From Bacteroidales bacterium (GTDB lineage Bacteria > Bacteroidota > Bacteroidia > Bacteroidales > WCHB1-69): a DNA stretch of 64,000 nt. The stretch is taken from positions 4,746 to 68,745 of the forward strand of contig JAFZZT010000046.1 of assembly GCA_017615595.1 (NCBI GenBank), read 5' to 3'. The position numbers and the translations under genes are program-made. Each line of letters starts with the position of its first letter. Position 1 is the stretch's first letter. Below the pieces are notes generated by a model, which had not been told where the DNA came from, made no database searches, and worked only from the letters and a program-made list of their open reading frames with translations. Positions 18,830 through 27,573 of this stretch are shown one piece after another.

Positions 18830-19903
18830 TTATGCGTAGAGTTCCTCGAAGATCTTGCGCAGCTCAGGGCTTTCGCGCAGTTCTTGCAGAGTGAATTCAG
18901 CATGTCCCTTCGTATAGCCGTTACCCATGATCATGTTCACATCGCTGCCGATGCCTTCGGCACCGAGGCTAGCCTTGGTGAAGCTGGTGGCCATGGAGAA
19001 GAAATAGACGATACCGTCGTCTTTGGTGCAGAGCACAGCGGTCATCTCCTGGTCAGGAACGTTGACGCAGTTGATGGTGACGTCGGCCATCTTGCCGTTG
19101 GTGAGTTTTTCGATGAGTTCATAGACCTGCACCGGGGTCATGCCAGCGGCAGACTCCACGATATCGCAAAAGCCGAGGTCTTTGATACGTTGTGTGCTTT
19201 TCGGGCTGTTGGCAATACCGATCACCTTGCCGGTAACGCCCACGCGCTTCTTAGCCTCGTAGCAGCAGAGCATACCGCTCTTACCACCAGCACCGAGGAT
19301 AACAACGGTCTGGCCGTATTGGCACAGCTTAGCCGTTTGGGCAGGAGCTCCAGCCACATCGAGTGCGCTCAAAGCGAGCTTCTCAGGCATGTCGGTAGGG
19401 ATCTTGGCATAGATACCGCTCTCGAAGAGGATAGCCTTACCCTTGATGTCCACTTGGTCCACTTCCGGACGAATCTCCAGAATCTCATCGATACGCAAAG
19501 GAGTCAACGAGAGACTGACCAGTGTGGCGATGCGGTCGCCTTCCTTGAGATCAATCTTGCCCTTCAAGGCATCACCGATCTTCTCTACACGGCCGAGCAA
19601 CATACCACCAGAACCAGTACGGCGGTTGCGGTGCTTGCCTTGCAGTTCAACATTCAACAACATCTCTTTCTTCACCTCTTCCATGACAGCTTCCACGCTA
19701 GCGCCTTCGCCAGCTTGCTGTTTGGCATAGTTGTGAATATCCGTGAAGGATGCTGAGTCTATATTCAACGTCTGAACATCAATCAATATCTCGTTGTCAT
19801 AGATCTCATCCATGTTGTTGTCAATCTTGTTGGCAGGCTGCGGAAGAACGCCTTTGGGTTCGATGACACGATGAGTGCCGTATTTGTTGCCTTTCTTTTG
19901 CAT
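18830..19903 (-). CDS. kdd: L-erythro-3,5-diaminohexanoate dehydrogenase
   Basis: Start moved to the ATG at 19903. N-terminus GNKYGTHRVIEPKGVLPQPANKIDNNM..IYDNEILIDVQTLNIDSASF matches my memory of Kdd. Rossmann segment VVILGAGGKSG. Confidence 0.7.
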   Translation of the reverse strand: MQKKGNKYGTHRVIEPKGVLPQPANKIDNNMDEIYDNEILIDVQTLNIDSASFTDIHNYAKQQAGEGASVEAVMEEVKKEMLLNVELQGKHRNRRTGSGGMLLGRVEKIGDALKGKIDLKEGDRIATLVSLSLTPLRIDEILEIRPEVDQVDIKGKAILFESGIYAKIPTDMPEKLALSALDVAGAPAQTAKLCQYGQTVVILGAGGKSGMLCCYEAKKRVGVTGKVIGIANSPKSTQRIKDLGFCDIVESAAGMTPVQVYELIEKLTNGKMADVTINCVNVPDQEMTAVLCTKDDGIVYFFSMATSFTKASLGAEGIGSDVNMIMGNGYTKGHAEFTLQELRESPELRKIFEELYA

Positions 19904-20035
19904 ATTGTTTTGATTTATAATTTGATAAAAAAAATCTAGTGCCTTTAGCAAGCGAGTGCAAAAATAGTGATTTTTTTGGAATAATTAAACTACCGTAAAA
20001 AAATAATCCACAATGAGATGTTTATTAAATACATC

Positions 20036-20818
20036 TTATTGATTTTCACTATTATACAATGTATTTCCTTGAATAAAATCGCTCATCAGCCGGTAAATCT
20101 CCTGCCATCGGGGGTCGGTCAGTGCCTGGAGGTGTCGGCCCATCACCGCCTCGTCCCCGCGACAGGCGGGACCGGTCTGCGCCTCCCTTGGCGGAAGGGT
20201 CTGCAGCTTAGTCACGGTCTGCTCCAGCAACGGCAGGATAAGGTCGAGGCTCATCTCGTGTTGTTGCAGGATATCCTGGGCGACCACACACATAGCGTTG
20301 GAGAAGTTGCAGGCGAAGACGGAGGCCAGATGCGCATAAAAACGCTGGTCGCCATTCAGCAGCCGGACCGTGTCGGACAGGGCACCCGCAAGCGACATCA
20401 ACAACTCGCGATGCGGCCCCGCGTGGTCACACTCGACACACAAGGGCACTTTGAGCGCCGACATGTCCGTATTTTTGGAAAAGGTCTGCAGCGGATAGAG
20501 GACCCCATAATGCTCCGCGTGTGGCGCGAGCGTCTCCTGCGGCACAGAGCCTGCCGTATGCACCGCAAAGGGCATCTTAAAGGGAATCCGCGACAGCACT
20601 TGCGGCAGCGCATCATCGCGCAAGGCGAAGATGAAGATACGACAACGCGGGTCGAGCTGCGCAGGGTCGTCAACCGCCTCGGCACCCACAATGGCAGCCG
20701 CCGCACGGGCATGATCCATCTGCCGGCTATAGACCTGCGCCACCGGGAAGTCCGGACAGCCGCGAAGCCTCTGCAACAGCCAAGTGGCCACATTACCCGA
20801 TCCAACCAGACATATCAT
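20036..20818 (-). CDS. Rossmann-like plus DUF2520 domain protein
   Basis: MICLVGSGNVATWL N-terminal dinucleotide fold. 260 aa. Overlaps the upstream gene by 1 nt. Confidence 0.55.
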   Translation of the reverse strand: MICLVGSGNVATWLLQRLRGCPDFPVAQVYSRQMDHARAAAAIVGAEAVDDPAQLDPRCRIFIFALRDDALPQVLSRIPFKMPFAVHTAGSVPQETLAPHAEHYGVLYPLQTFSKNTDMSALKVPLCVECDHAGPHRELLMSLAGALSDTVRLLNGDQRFYAHLASVFACNFSNAMCVVAQDILQQHEMSLDLILPLLEQTVTKLQTLPPREAQTGPACRGDEAVMGRHLQALTDPRWQEIYRLMSDFIQGNTLYNSENQ

Positions 20819-22482
20819 CAGTATTGGAATTTGCTGCCTCCGACAAACTCGCGCAGGATGGAGGTCCCGGGAATATCATTGACGGAGATGGAATGGAAGA
20901 ACGAGAGGAATTTCAACAGACGTCTGGCCTCAGCATACTCCGGCACCGTCTCCGGCACCTCCTGGAGGATGGGAATGGCATAGTTCTTCAAAATCCCCAG
21001 CTCAAAGATGAGCGAGGTGTTGATCATGACATCGGCATTCTCTTGGAAGGGGAAGATGTTTTTGTCTTCTCCATTGCGGACGCTTTGCCAACGTCTCAAT
21101 GTGTCCAAGGCAGAATAGCCGCGGTAGTTGTAGTCGCGCACGATACGGCGGATCAACCGGTTGTCCGTTGTCGGGATGGGATTCTGACGATCAATGGAGA
21201 TGGAGGTCAGGGCGGAGACGAAGATCTTGAACTTGAGGTCGTCAGGCACCTGCTCCGTCAGTTTGGGGTTGAGGCAGTGGATGCCCTCCACCACCATGAT
21301 GGAGTTCTCTTCCAGCTGGAGCGTTTTCCCCGTCCAGATCTTGCTGCCTTTCGTAAAATCGAAGGTCGGGATCTCCACGCATTCACCCGCGACCAATCTT
21401 TTCAACGTGTCGTTGAAAAGGGGCAGGTCTATAGCCTCCAGGGCTTCGAAGTCTTTCTCCCCTTTTTCATCCACGGGGGTCTCATCGCGCTCCACAAAGA
21501 AGTCGTCCACCGAGATCTGCACAGGCTTATACCCCAGCACCGCCAGCTGCACGGAGAGGCGGCGGCAGGTGGTCGTCTTGCCAGAGCTGGAAGGACCGCT
21601 GATGAGCACCATTTTCACATCTTTCTGCCGATGAATATCATCAGCCACCTTGGAGATCCACTTTTCCTGGAATGCCTCGGCCACCAGGATGGTTTCCAAC
21701 GCCCTACCCTCTCCGATGATACGGTTCATGTCGGTGACTGTGGCCATACCCATGAACTCCGACCAATCTTTGGACAATTTATACTGAGAGAACAACTTGG
21801 GGTTGGCATGAGTCTTAGGCAGCACTTTGATATTTTTGGCTGACGGAATTTTCAGCAAGATACCATTCTCGTACATCTCCAATCCAAACAGCTGGAGATA
21901 GCCCGTGGAAGGAACCATGAAGCCATAATAGTAGTTGATGGTGGTATCCAGACGATAGACGGATGTGAATATCCGGTTGCGATCCTTCAGGAGTTCATAC
22001 TTGTCTTCCAGTCCATACTCCTGAAATGCCCGGATGGCGTCTTCCGTCAACATCTCCACTCGCTCGAACGGAATGTTCAACCGGACAATCTTCTTCATGT
22101 GGTTGAACATCTTCTGGACGAGCTCTTCGGTAATGGGCTCATCCATATTCTCCAGCGTGCAGAATCGCCCACCCGAGATGGAGTGCTTGATGCGCAGCTT
22201 CACCTTCATCGGGAACAAATCATGAACGGTCTTGCACAGCAGCAGATACAAGGAACGAACATAGAAACCGCGGCCGGCTGTGGAATAATAGTCGAAGAAG
22301 TCGATAATAGAGGGACGATGAATCTGATAGCTCAGATCGCGCACCTTGTTATTGACCAGCGCACCCAGATAGGGCACCTCCGGCAACATCTGGTGTTCCT
22401 GCAGGAAGTCATACAACTTCTGTCCAAAAGGAGCATACACCAGACTGTTGGTATTCTTACAATATATGGGTACTGTTTGCAT
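20818..22482 (-). CDS. nucleoside kinase (TGS-like N-domain plus uridine-kinase-type P-loop domain)
   Basis: P-loop ISGPSSSGKTTT. 554 aa, an architecture common in Bacteroidales. Confidence 0.65.
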   Translation of the reverse strand: MQTVPIYCKNTNSLVYAPFGQKLYDFLQEHQMLPEVPYLGALVNNKVRDLSYQIHRPSIIDFFDYYSTAGRGFYVRSLYLLLCKTVHDLFPMKVKLRIKHSISGGRFCTLENMDEPITEELVQKMFNHMKKIVRLNIPFERVEMLTEDAIRAFQEYGLEDKYELLKDRNRIFTSVYRLDTTINYYYGFMVPSTGYLQLFGLEMYENGILLKIPSAKNIKVLPKTHANPKLFSQYKLSKDWSEFMGMATVTDMNRIIGEGRALETILVAEAFQEKWISKVADDIHRQKDVKMVLISGPSSSGKTTTCRRLSVQLAVLGYKPVQISVDDFFVERDETPVDEKGEKDFEALEAIDLPLFNDTLKRLVAGECVEIPTFDFTKGSKIWTGKTLQLEENSIMVVEGIHCLNPKLTEQVPDDLKFKIFVSALTSISIDRQNPIPTTDNRLIRRIVRDYNYRGYSALDTLRRWQSVRNGEDKNIFPFQENADVMINTSLIFELGILKNYAIPILQEVPETVPEYAEARRLLKFLSFFHSISVNDIPGTSILREFVGGSKFQY

Positions 22483-22497
22483 CGTAACGGATTTTGC

Positions 22498-24129
22498 TTA
22501 CATTTTCACTCTCTTGAACATTCTGTCCCAACGGATCTTACCCTTCTCGCCGAAGGATTTGTACTTATCCAGGGAGAGCCACACCATAGAAGGATGTCCC
22601 ACCACATGGTCTTCCGGCACGAAGCCCCAGAAGCGGGAGTCGGCGGAGTTGTGGCGGTTGTCACCCATCATGAAGTAGTAGTCCATCTGGAAAGTATAGC
22701 TGTTGGCTTCTTTGCCATTGATGAAGACCTTGCCGTCCTTCACCTCCAGCTTGTTGCCCTCATATTGGCGGATAATCTGCTCATAGAGGACGATATTCTT
22801 AGCGTCAAGGCTCACCGTGGCGCCCTTGGCCGGGATGGTGATGGGGCCGAAGAAGTCCTTGTTCCACGGATAATCCGGAGAGTGCGGGAAGATGGCGGGA
22901 TCGTACTGGCCGGCAGAGTCCTGATAGCATTCCACCATGAAGCCCATCTTGCGGATCTTGTCGCACTGTTCTTTGTTGAGACGGTACAGCACCGTGTATT
23001 GATCCACTCTTTGGGCATCATCTTCATTGACATCCAACTCCTTGCGCTTTTTCTGTGAGAGTTGCATGCCATTGGGATGGAAGACGAAGTAGGCGAACTG
23101 CATCCGTCTGGGGTTCTCCACTGCCTTGCCGTTGATATAGACTTGCTTATCCACAATCTGGAGTTCGTCTCCAGGCACAGCGATACAGCGTTTCACATAG
23201 TTCTCGCGCTTATCGACAGGGCGGTCGATGACGTGGTACTCATTCCAGACAGCCTCACGGCCTTTGCCCGGGTAGTAGGCGCCGGCGTATTTTTGCTGGA
23301 AGTACTGAATCATATCGGGACTATAACGGCCCATGACATCACGTTTCTCCTCTGGAGAGGCTTTGGGGTTGAGCATCGCCTCGAACTCCCGGACGATGGC
23401 ATAGTAGCTCTCGGCCTTGCGCTCCACCGCCACCGTGTCGCCATCGGGGTAGTTGAAGACCACGACATCGTTGTTGCGCACGGGCCGCAGTGCCTTGGTG
23501 CGCATATAGGGCAGTTGGATGATCTTGGAATAGGACTTCACCTCAGTCTTGGGCAAAGTGTTATGGATAAAGGGAATCGCCACCGGCGTATTGGGCATGC
23601 GCACGCCGTAGGAGAGTTTGGACACCGTCAGGAAGTCGCCCACCATGAGGGAGCTCTCCATGGAAGAGGTGGGAATGGTATAGAGCTCAAACCAGCAGAG
23701 GCGGATGATGTAGGCCAGCGCCACCGCGAAGATGAGGGCGTCACCCCAGGAGCGGGCGCTGCTTTTCTTCCACTCCGGCAGCTGAGCGATGTATTGTTCC
23801 TTCTTGGAGAAGCCTAAATACGGCAGATAGACGAAGAAAAACAGTGTACCGAGGATCAGTGCACCGTATCCATTCTTGTTGAAATGATGGATAGTCTCCC
23901 AGATGATGTAGAAGAACATGAAGATATTGAGGAAGGGGATGAGGAACAGCAGCATCCACCACCATTTCTTGCGGATGACCTGTCGGATCCAAAGCCATAC
24001 ATTATAAAAAGGAATCAAGGACTTCCAGGGTGCTATACCGGCCTTGCGGAAAATGCCCCACAAACCAACATGGGTGCATATCAGGAAGATGATGCCGATA
24101 ATCCAGAGTGCGGTAGTCGAAATAAGCAT
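22498..24129 (-). CDS. lepB: signal peptidase I with N-terminal DUF5684-like membrane extension
   Basis: S26 blocks PTSSMESSLMVGDFLTVSKLSYG and GDNRHNSADSRFWGFVPEDHVVG. Confidence 0.85.
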   Translation of the reverse strand: MLISTTALWIIGIIFLICTHVGLWGIFRKAGIAPWKSLIPFYNVWLWIRQVIRKKWWWMLLFLIPFLNIFMFFYIIWETIHHFNKNGYGALILGTLFFFVYLPYLGFSKKEQYIAQLPEWKKSSARSWGDALIFAVALAYIIRLCWFELYTIPTSSMESSLMVGDFLTVSKLSYGVRMPNTPVAIPFIHNTLPKTEVKSYSKIIQLPYMRTKALRPVRNNDVVVFNYPDGDTVAVERKAESYYAIVREFEAMLNPKASPEEKRDVMGRYSPDMIQYFQQKYAGAYYPGKGREAVWNEYHVIDRPVDKRENYVKRCIAVPGDELQIVDKQVYINGKAVENPRRMQFAYFVFHPNGMQLSQKKRKELDVNEDDAQRVDQYTVLYRLNKEQCDKIRKMGFMVECYQDSAGQYDPAIFPHSPDYPWNKDFFGPITIPAKGATVSLDAKNIVLYEQIIRQYEGNKLEVKDGKVFINGKEANSYTFQMDYYFMMGDNRHNSADSRFWGFVPEDHVVGHPSMVWLSLDKYKSFGEKGKIRWDRMFKRVKM

Positions 24130-24158
24130 AAGGTTTCTTTGTTTTTGAGATTATGATA

Positions 24159-24896
24159 CTATGATTCTAAGGTTTCAGAAAATGAGCAGACGGTGCCGGG
24201 ATGTTGGACGAGCCAGAGTGCCGTGCGGATAGCGCCGGCAGCAAAGCCCTGTCGGCCGTGGGCGTTGTGGGTGATGGTGATCTCATCTTCCGGAGAGCTC
24301 CAGTGGATCTCATGGATGCCGGACACGTCTCCCACACGGTGCGCCTGCACTGGGATGGTGGCATCGTCCAGGGGTTGGCCCTCATCGAGCTGCCAGCGAG
24401 AGTAGCCGGGATGCTGGGCGATGATGCCTTGCGCCAACGTGATCGCTGTGCCACTCGGCGCATCCTTCTTGGCCGTGTGGTGGGTCTCTTCCATCGTCAC
24501 GGCATACTGGCCATAGCGGCTCATCTCGGCAGCCAGCCACTGGCTCATGCGGTTGAAGAGATAAACCCCTATGCTGAAGTTGGTGCCATAGACGAGCGAT
24601 GCCTGGCAAGACTTCGCCTTTTCCACGATCTCGTCCAGACGGTCGTACCAGCCGGTGGTGCCGACCACGATGGGGACGCCAGCCTCAAAGGCACGGAGCA
24701 TATTGGAGACCGCCACAGAGGGCATGGAGAAGTCGATGGCCACATCCGCCGTGCGGAACGCCGCCATCTGCGCCTGCCACTCCTCTTCATTGTCGATGAC
24801 AGCCACAATCTCCTGTCCGGACTCGCGCAGCATGGATTCCACCATCCTGCCCATCTTGCCATATCCTAATATTGCAAACTTAATCTTCTCGTTCAT
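24159..24896 (-). CDS. dapB: 4-hydroxy-tetrahydrodipicolinate reductase
   Basis: Has ILGYGKMG and the motif ETHHTAKKDAPSGTA. Confidence 0.9.
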   Translation of the reverse strand: MNEKIKFAILGYGKMGRMVESMLRESGQEIVAVIDNEEEWQAQMAAFRTADVAIDFSMPSVAVSNMLRAFEAGVPIVVGTTGWYDRLDEIVEKAKSCQASLVYGTNFSIGVYLFNRMSQWLAAEMSRYGQYAVTMEETHHTAKKDAPSGTAITLAQGIIAQHPGYSRWQLDEGQPLDDATIPVQAHRVGDVSGIHEIHWSSPEDEITITHNAHGRQGFAAGAIRTALWLVQHPGTVCSFSETLES

Positions 24897-24914
24897 TTTT
24901 CAAGATAATAAATG

Positions 24915-25490
24915 TTACCAGCGCAACTGCAGATTGAGGCCAAAGGCATATTGTCTATGGGTGTAATCTGGCATCACCAGAGGCTGCCAGTGCAAACTCA
25001 AATCATCGGAGACATCAAAATAGTACAGATGGGCGTCCACCATGGCATCGATGAAGTTCAGCACATAAACGACTGCCGTTGCGGCGATGGAGATTTCCAG
25101 ATTCCGCCGCTGTTTATTCTTCATCTCCAGAAGATTCTCGTCAGAATATTCCGCCAGGGTGAAGTTTTGCATCGTCACTATTCCGTCTCGGCGATAGATA
25201 AACTCATTCCGATAGACCGTCATCTTATGGGCAGAGCGCCAAACGAAATAGCCGGTAGCAGCCAATGCGCCATAGACGATAGGCAGTTTCCAATACTTCT
25301 TGTTATAGATCTGGCCTCCGCCTGGAACGATGGAACAAAGGATCGCCGTGGTGGGCGAATGTTTCACCACCTTGACGGAATCAGCAGGGGCAACGCGGGA
25401 TGTGGTCGTATCTATCAGCTCTTCCTGCGCCTGCAAAGAGAGCATTATCAAACAGCAGATAACGGACAATATCCAGCATTGAATTCTCAT
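24915..25490 (-). CDS. DUF5683-like membrane protein
   Basis: SIVPGGGQIYNKKYWKLPIVYGALAATGYF block. Sits in the conserved position between parB and dapB. Confidence 0.55.
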   Translation of the reverse strand: MRIQCWILSVICCLIMLSLQAQEELIDTTTSRVAPADSVKVVKHSPTTAILCSIVPGGGQIYNKKYWKLPIVYGALAATGYFVWRSAHKMTVYRNEFIYRRDGIVTMQNFTLAEYSDENLLEMKNKQRRNLEISIAATAVVYVLNFIDAMVDAHLYYFDVSDDLSLHWQPLVMPDYTHRQYAFGLNLQLRW

Positions 25491-25519
25491 ACCCGATACA
25501 AACGTAACATGCAGCCGGT

Positions 25520-26392
25520 TTATTGCAACTGGTCGATGATTTTCTTCAGTTCTTCATCTGAGGAAAAAGGTATGGTGATGGAGCCTTTGCCTGTAATGTC
25601 CTTTTTGATTTTCACTTTGGTCTTCAGCTTCTTGGAAAAATCGGCCTGGAAGGCGCGCACCTCATCGGAAAGGGTGATCTTCACCTTCGGTTTGGCGGGC
25701 TCTAGTTCGTTGCGCAGTTTCTTGACCTCCAGCTCCGTCTGCCGGACAGAGAGGTTCTCATCCACGATCTTTTTGATGACTTTCTGCTGCAGGGCGGCAT
25801 CCTCGAGGACTACGAGCGGGAGGGCATGGCCCATGGAGATGAGGCTGTCGCGAACGGCGACCTGTGCGGGGGTGGAGAGGCGCAGCAGTCTCAGGTAGTT
25901 GGAGATGGTGCTGCGGTCTTTGCCGAACTTCTCGCTCAGCTCTTCCTGGGTGAGATGACACTCCTCCACGAGCATCTGATAGCTCATGGCCACATCCAGA
26001 GGGTTCAGGTCGGCGCGCTGGATGTTCTCCACAAGCGCCATCTGCACCGACTGCATATCATCGACAGTGCGGACGAAGGCGGGAACCTCTGTCAGCCCTG
26101 CCATCTTGGCGGCGCGATAGCGGCGTTCGCCGGAGATGAGCTGGTAGCGGCCGCCCTCCACGGGACGGACCGTCACGGGCTGGATGAGACCGTATGTCTT
26201 GATAGACTGCGCCAAGCCCTCCAGCAGCTCCTCGTCAAACTGAGTACGGGGCTGGAAAGGGTTCGCATCGATAGAGTCGATTTTGATATAGCTGTTGCCG
26301 CCGGGATGGGCGGAGGGCTGGACCGAGGAGATGTTGACATTCCCCAAGATGGCCTCCAGGCCCCTGCCTTTAGGTTTCTCTGTCTTATTCAT
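25520..26392 (-). CDS. parB: chromosome partitioning protein ParB
   Basis: Blocks GLEAILG, LIQPVTVRP, SGERRYRAAK and ENIQRADLNP. Confidence 0.9.
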   Translation of the reverse strand: MNKTEKPKGRGLEAILGNVNISSVQPSAHPGGNSYIKIDSIDANPFQPRTQFDEELLEGLAQSIKTYGLIQPVTVRPVEGGRYQLISGERRYRAAKMAGLTEVPAFVRTVDDMQSVQMALVENIQRADLNPLDVAMSYQMLVEECHLTQEELSEKFGKDRSTISNYLRLLRLSTPAQVAVRDSLISMGHALPLVVLEDAALQQKVIKKIVDENLSVRQTELEVKKLRNELEPAKPKVKITLSDEVRAFQADFSKKLKTKVKIKKDITGKGSITIPFSSDEELKKIIDQLQ

Positions 26393-26402
26393 GGTGTTGT
26401 GC

Positions 26403-27176
26403 TTAAATCGTATATCCGTTTTTGTTGAGGAACTCCGTAGCGAGGTTCAGGTAGTTTCTGAAGCCTGTGGACCTCACATCATAGAGCACGATAGGCTTGC
26501 CATAGCTGGGGGCCTCGCTCAGACGCACATTGCGGGAGATGATGGTGTCGAACACCAGGTCCTTGCAGTGAAGACGCACATCATCGACCACCGCATTGGA
26601 AGACTTGATACGGGCTGTGTACATGGTCAGCAGGATGCCTTCAATGGCCAGCGCCGGGTTCATGTTGGTCTGGACGATGCGGATGGTGTTCAACAGCTTG
26701 CCAAGGCCCTCTAGGGCGAAGTACTCGCATTGGACAGGAATCAGCACCGAGTCGGCGGCCACGAGGGCGTTGAGGGTAATCAACCCCAGGGAGGGCGCGC
26801 AGTCGATGAAGATGAAGTCGTAGTCGTTCTTCAAGGAATAGATGGCGTCTTTCATGCGATACTCGCGGCGCTCGTAGGAGATCATCTCCAGCTCGGCACC
26901 CACGAGGTCCATGGTGGCGGGCAAGAGATGCAGCTGCTGGATGTCGGTAGGCTGGATGGCCTCCACCGCCAGACGATTGTTGACGATACAGTCGTAGATG
27001 GAAATGGTCTCTTCCGTGCTCTCAAAGCCGAGACCGCTGGAGGCGTTGGCCTGCGGGTCGGCATCGATGAGCAGCACCTTCATGTCGAGCGCAGCAACAC
27101 AGGCAGCCAGATTGACCGCCGTTGTCGTCTTGCCCACACCGCCTTTCTGATTTGCGATGGCAACAATCTTACCCAT
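26403..27176 (-). CDS. parA: ParA/Soj ATPase
   Basis: Deviant Walker A IANQKGGVGKTTT. 257 aa. Confidence 0.9.
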   Translation of the reverse strand: MGKIVAIANQKGGVGKTTTAVNLAACVAALDMKVLLIDADPQANASSGLGFESTEETISIYDCIVNNRLAVEAIQPTDIQQLHLLPATMDLVGAELEMISYERREYRMKDAIYSLKNDYDFIFIDCAPSLGLITLNALVAADSVLIPVQCEYFALEGLGKLLNTIRIVQTNMNPALAIEGILLTMYTARIKSSNAVVDDVRLHCKDLVFDTIISRNVRLSEAPSYGKPIVLYDVRSTGFRNYLNLATEFLNKNGYTI

Positions 27177-27514
27177 TACAACGTGAAATCAAGGTTGGAA
27201 AAATCCTGGTCCAAGTCACGTTCGTTCAGTTTCTCCTCGGTCTCGAAGTTCACCTCCTCAGGGACTTTGCCCGTGTTGATAAACTCAACCATACCGTTCA
27301 GAGCATTCTGGAACTTCTCAAAATCCTCCTTGTACAGGAAGACTTTGTGCTTCTCGTAGAAGAAAGTGCCCGTAACATCATTGAACTTACGCTTGCTTTC
27401 CGTAATCGTTAAATACATTTCACCCGTCTTCGTACTCTTCACATCGAAGAAATACGTTCTTTTACCTGCCTTTACAGCGCGAGATAAAACTTCATTCTTG
27501 TCTTGATTTTCCAT
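27176..27514 (-). CDS. DUF3276 (PUR-alpha-like nucleic-acid-binding) protein
   Basis: KAGKRTYFFDVKSTKTGEMYLTITESKRKF block. Its stop overlaps the parA start. Confidence 0.7.
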   Translation of the reverse strand: MENQDKNEVLSRAVKAGKRTYFFDVKSTKTGEMYLTITESKRKFNDVTGTFFYEKHKVFLYKEDFEKFQNALNGMVEFINTGKVPEEVNFETEEKLNERDLDQDFSNLDFTL

Positions 27515-27573
27515 AATTATTCGTTTTTATTCATCAACTCAATGATGGGGCTCATCATCTTCGTCAAAAATTA

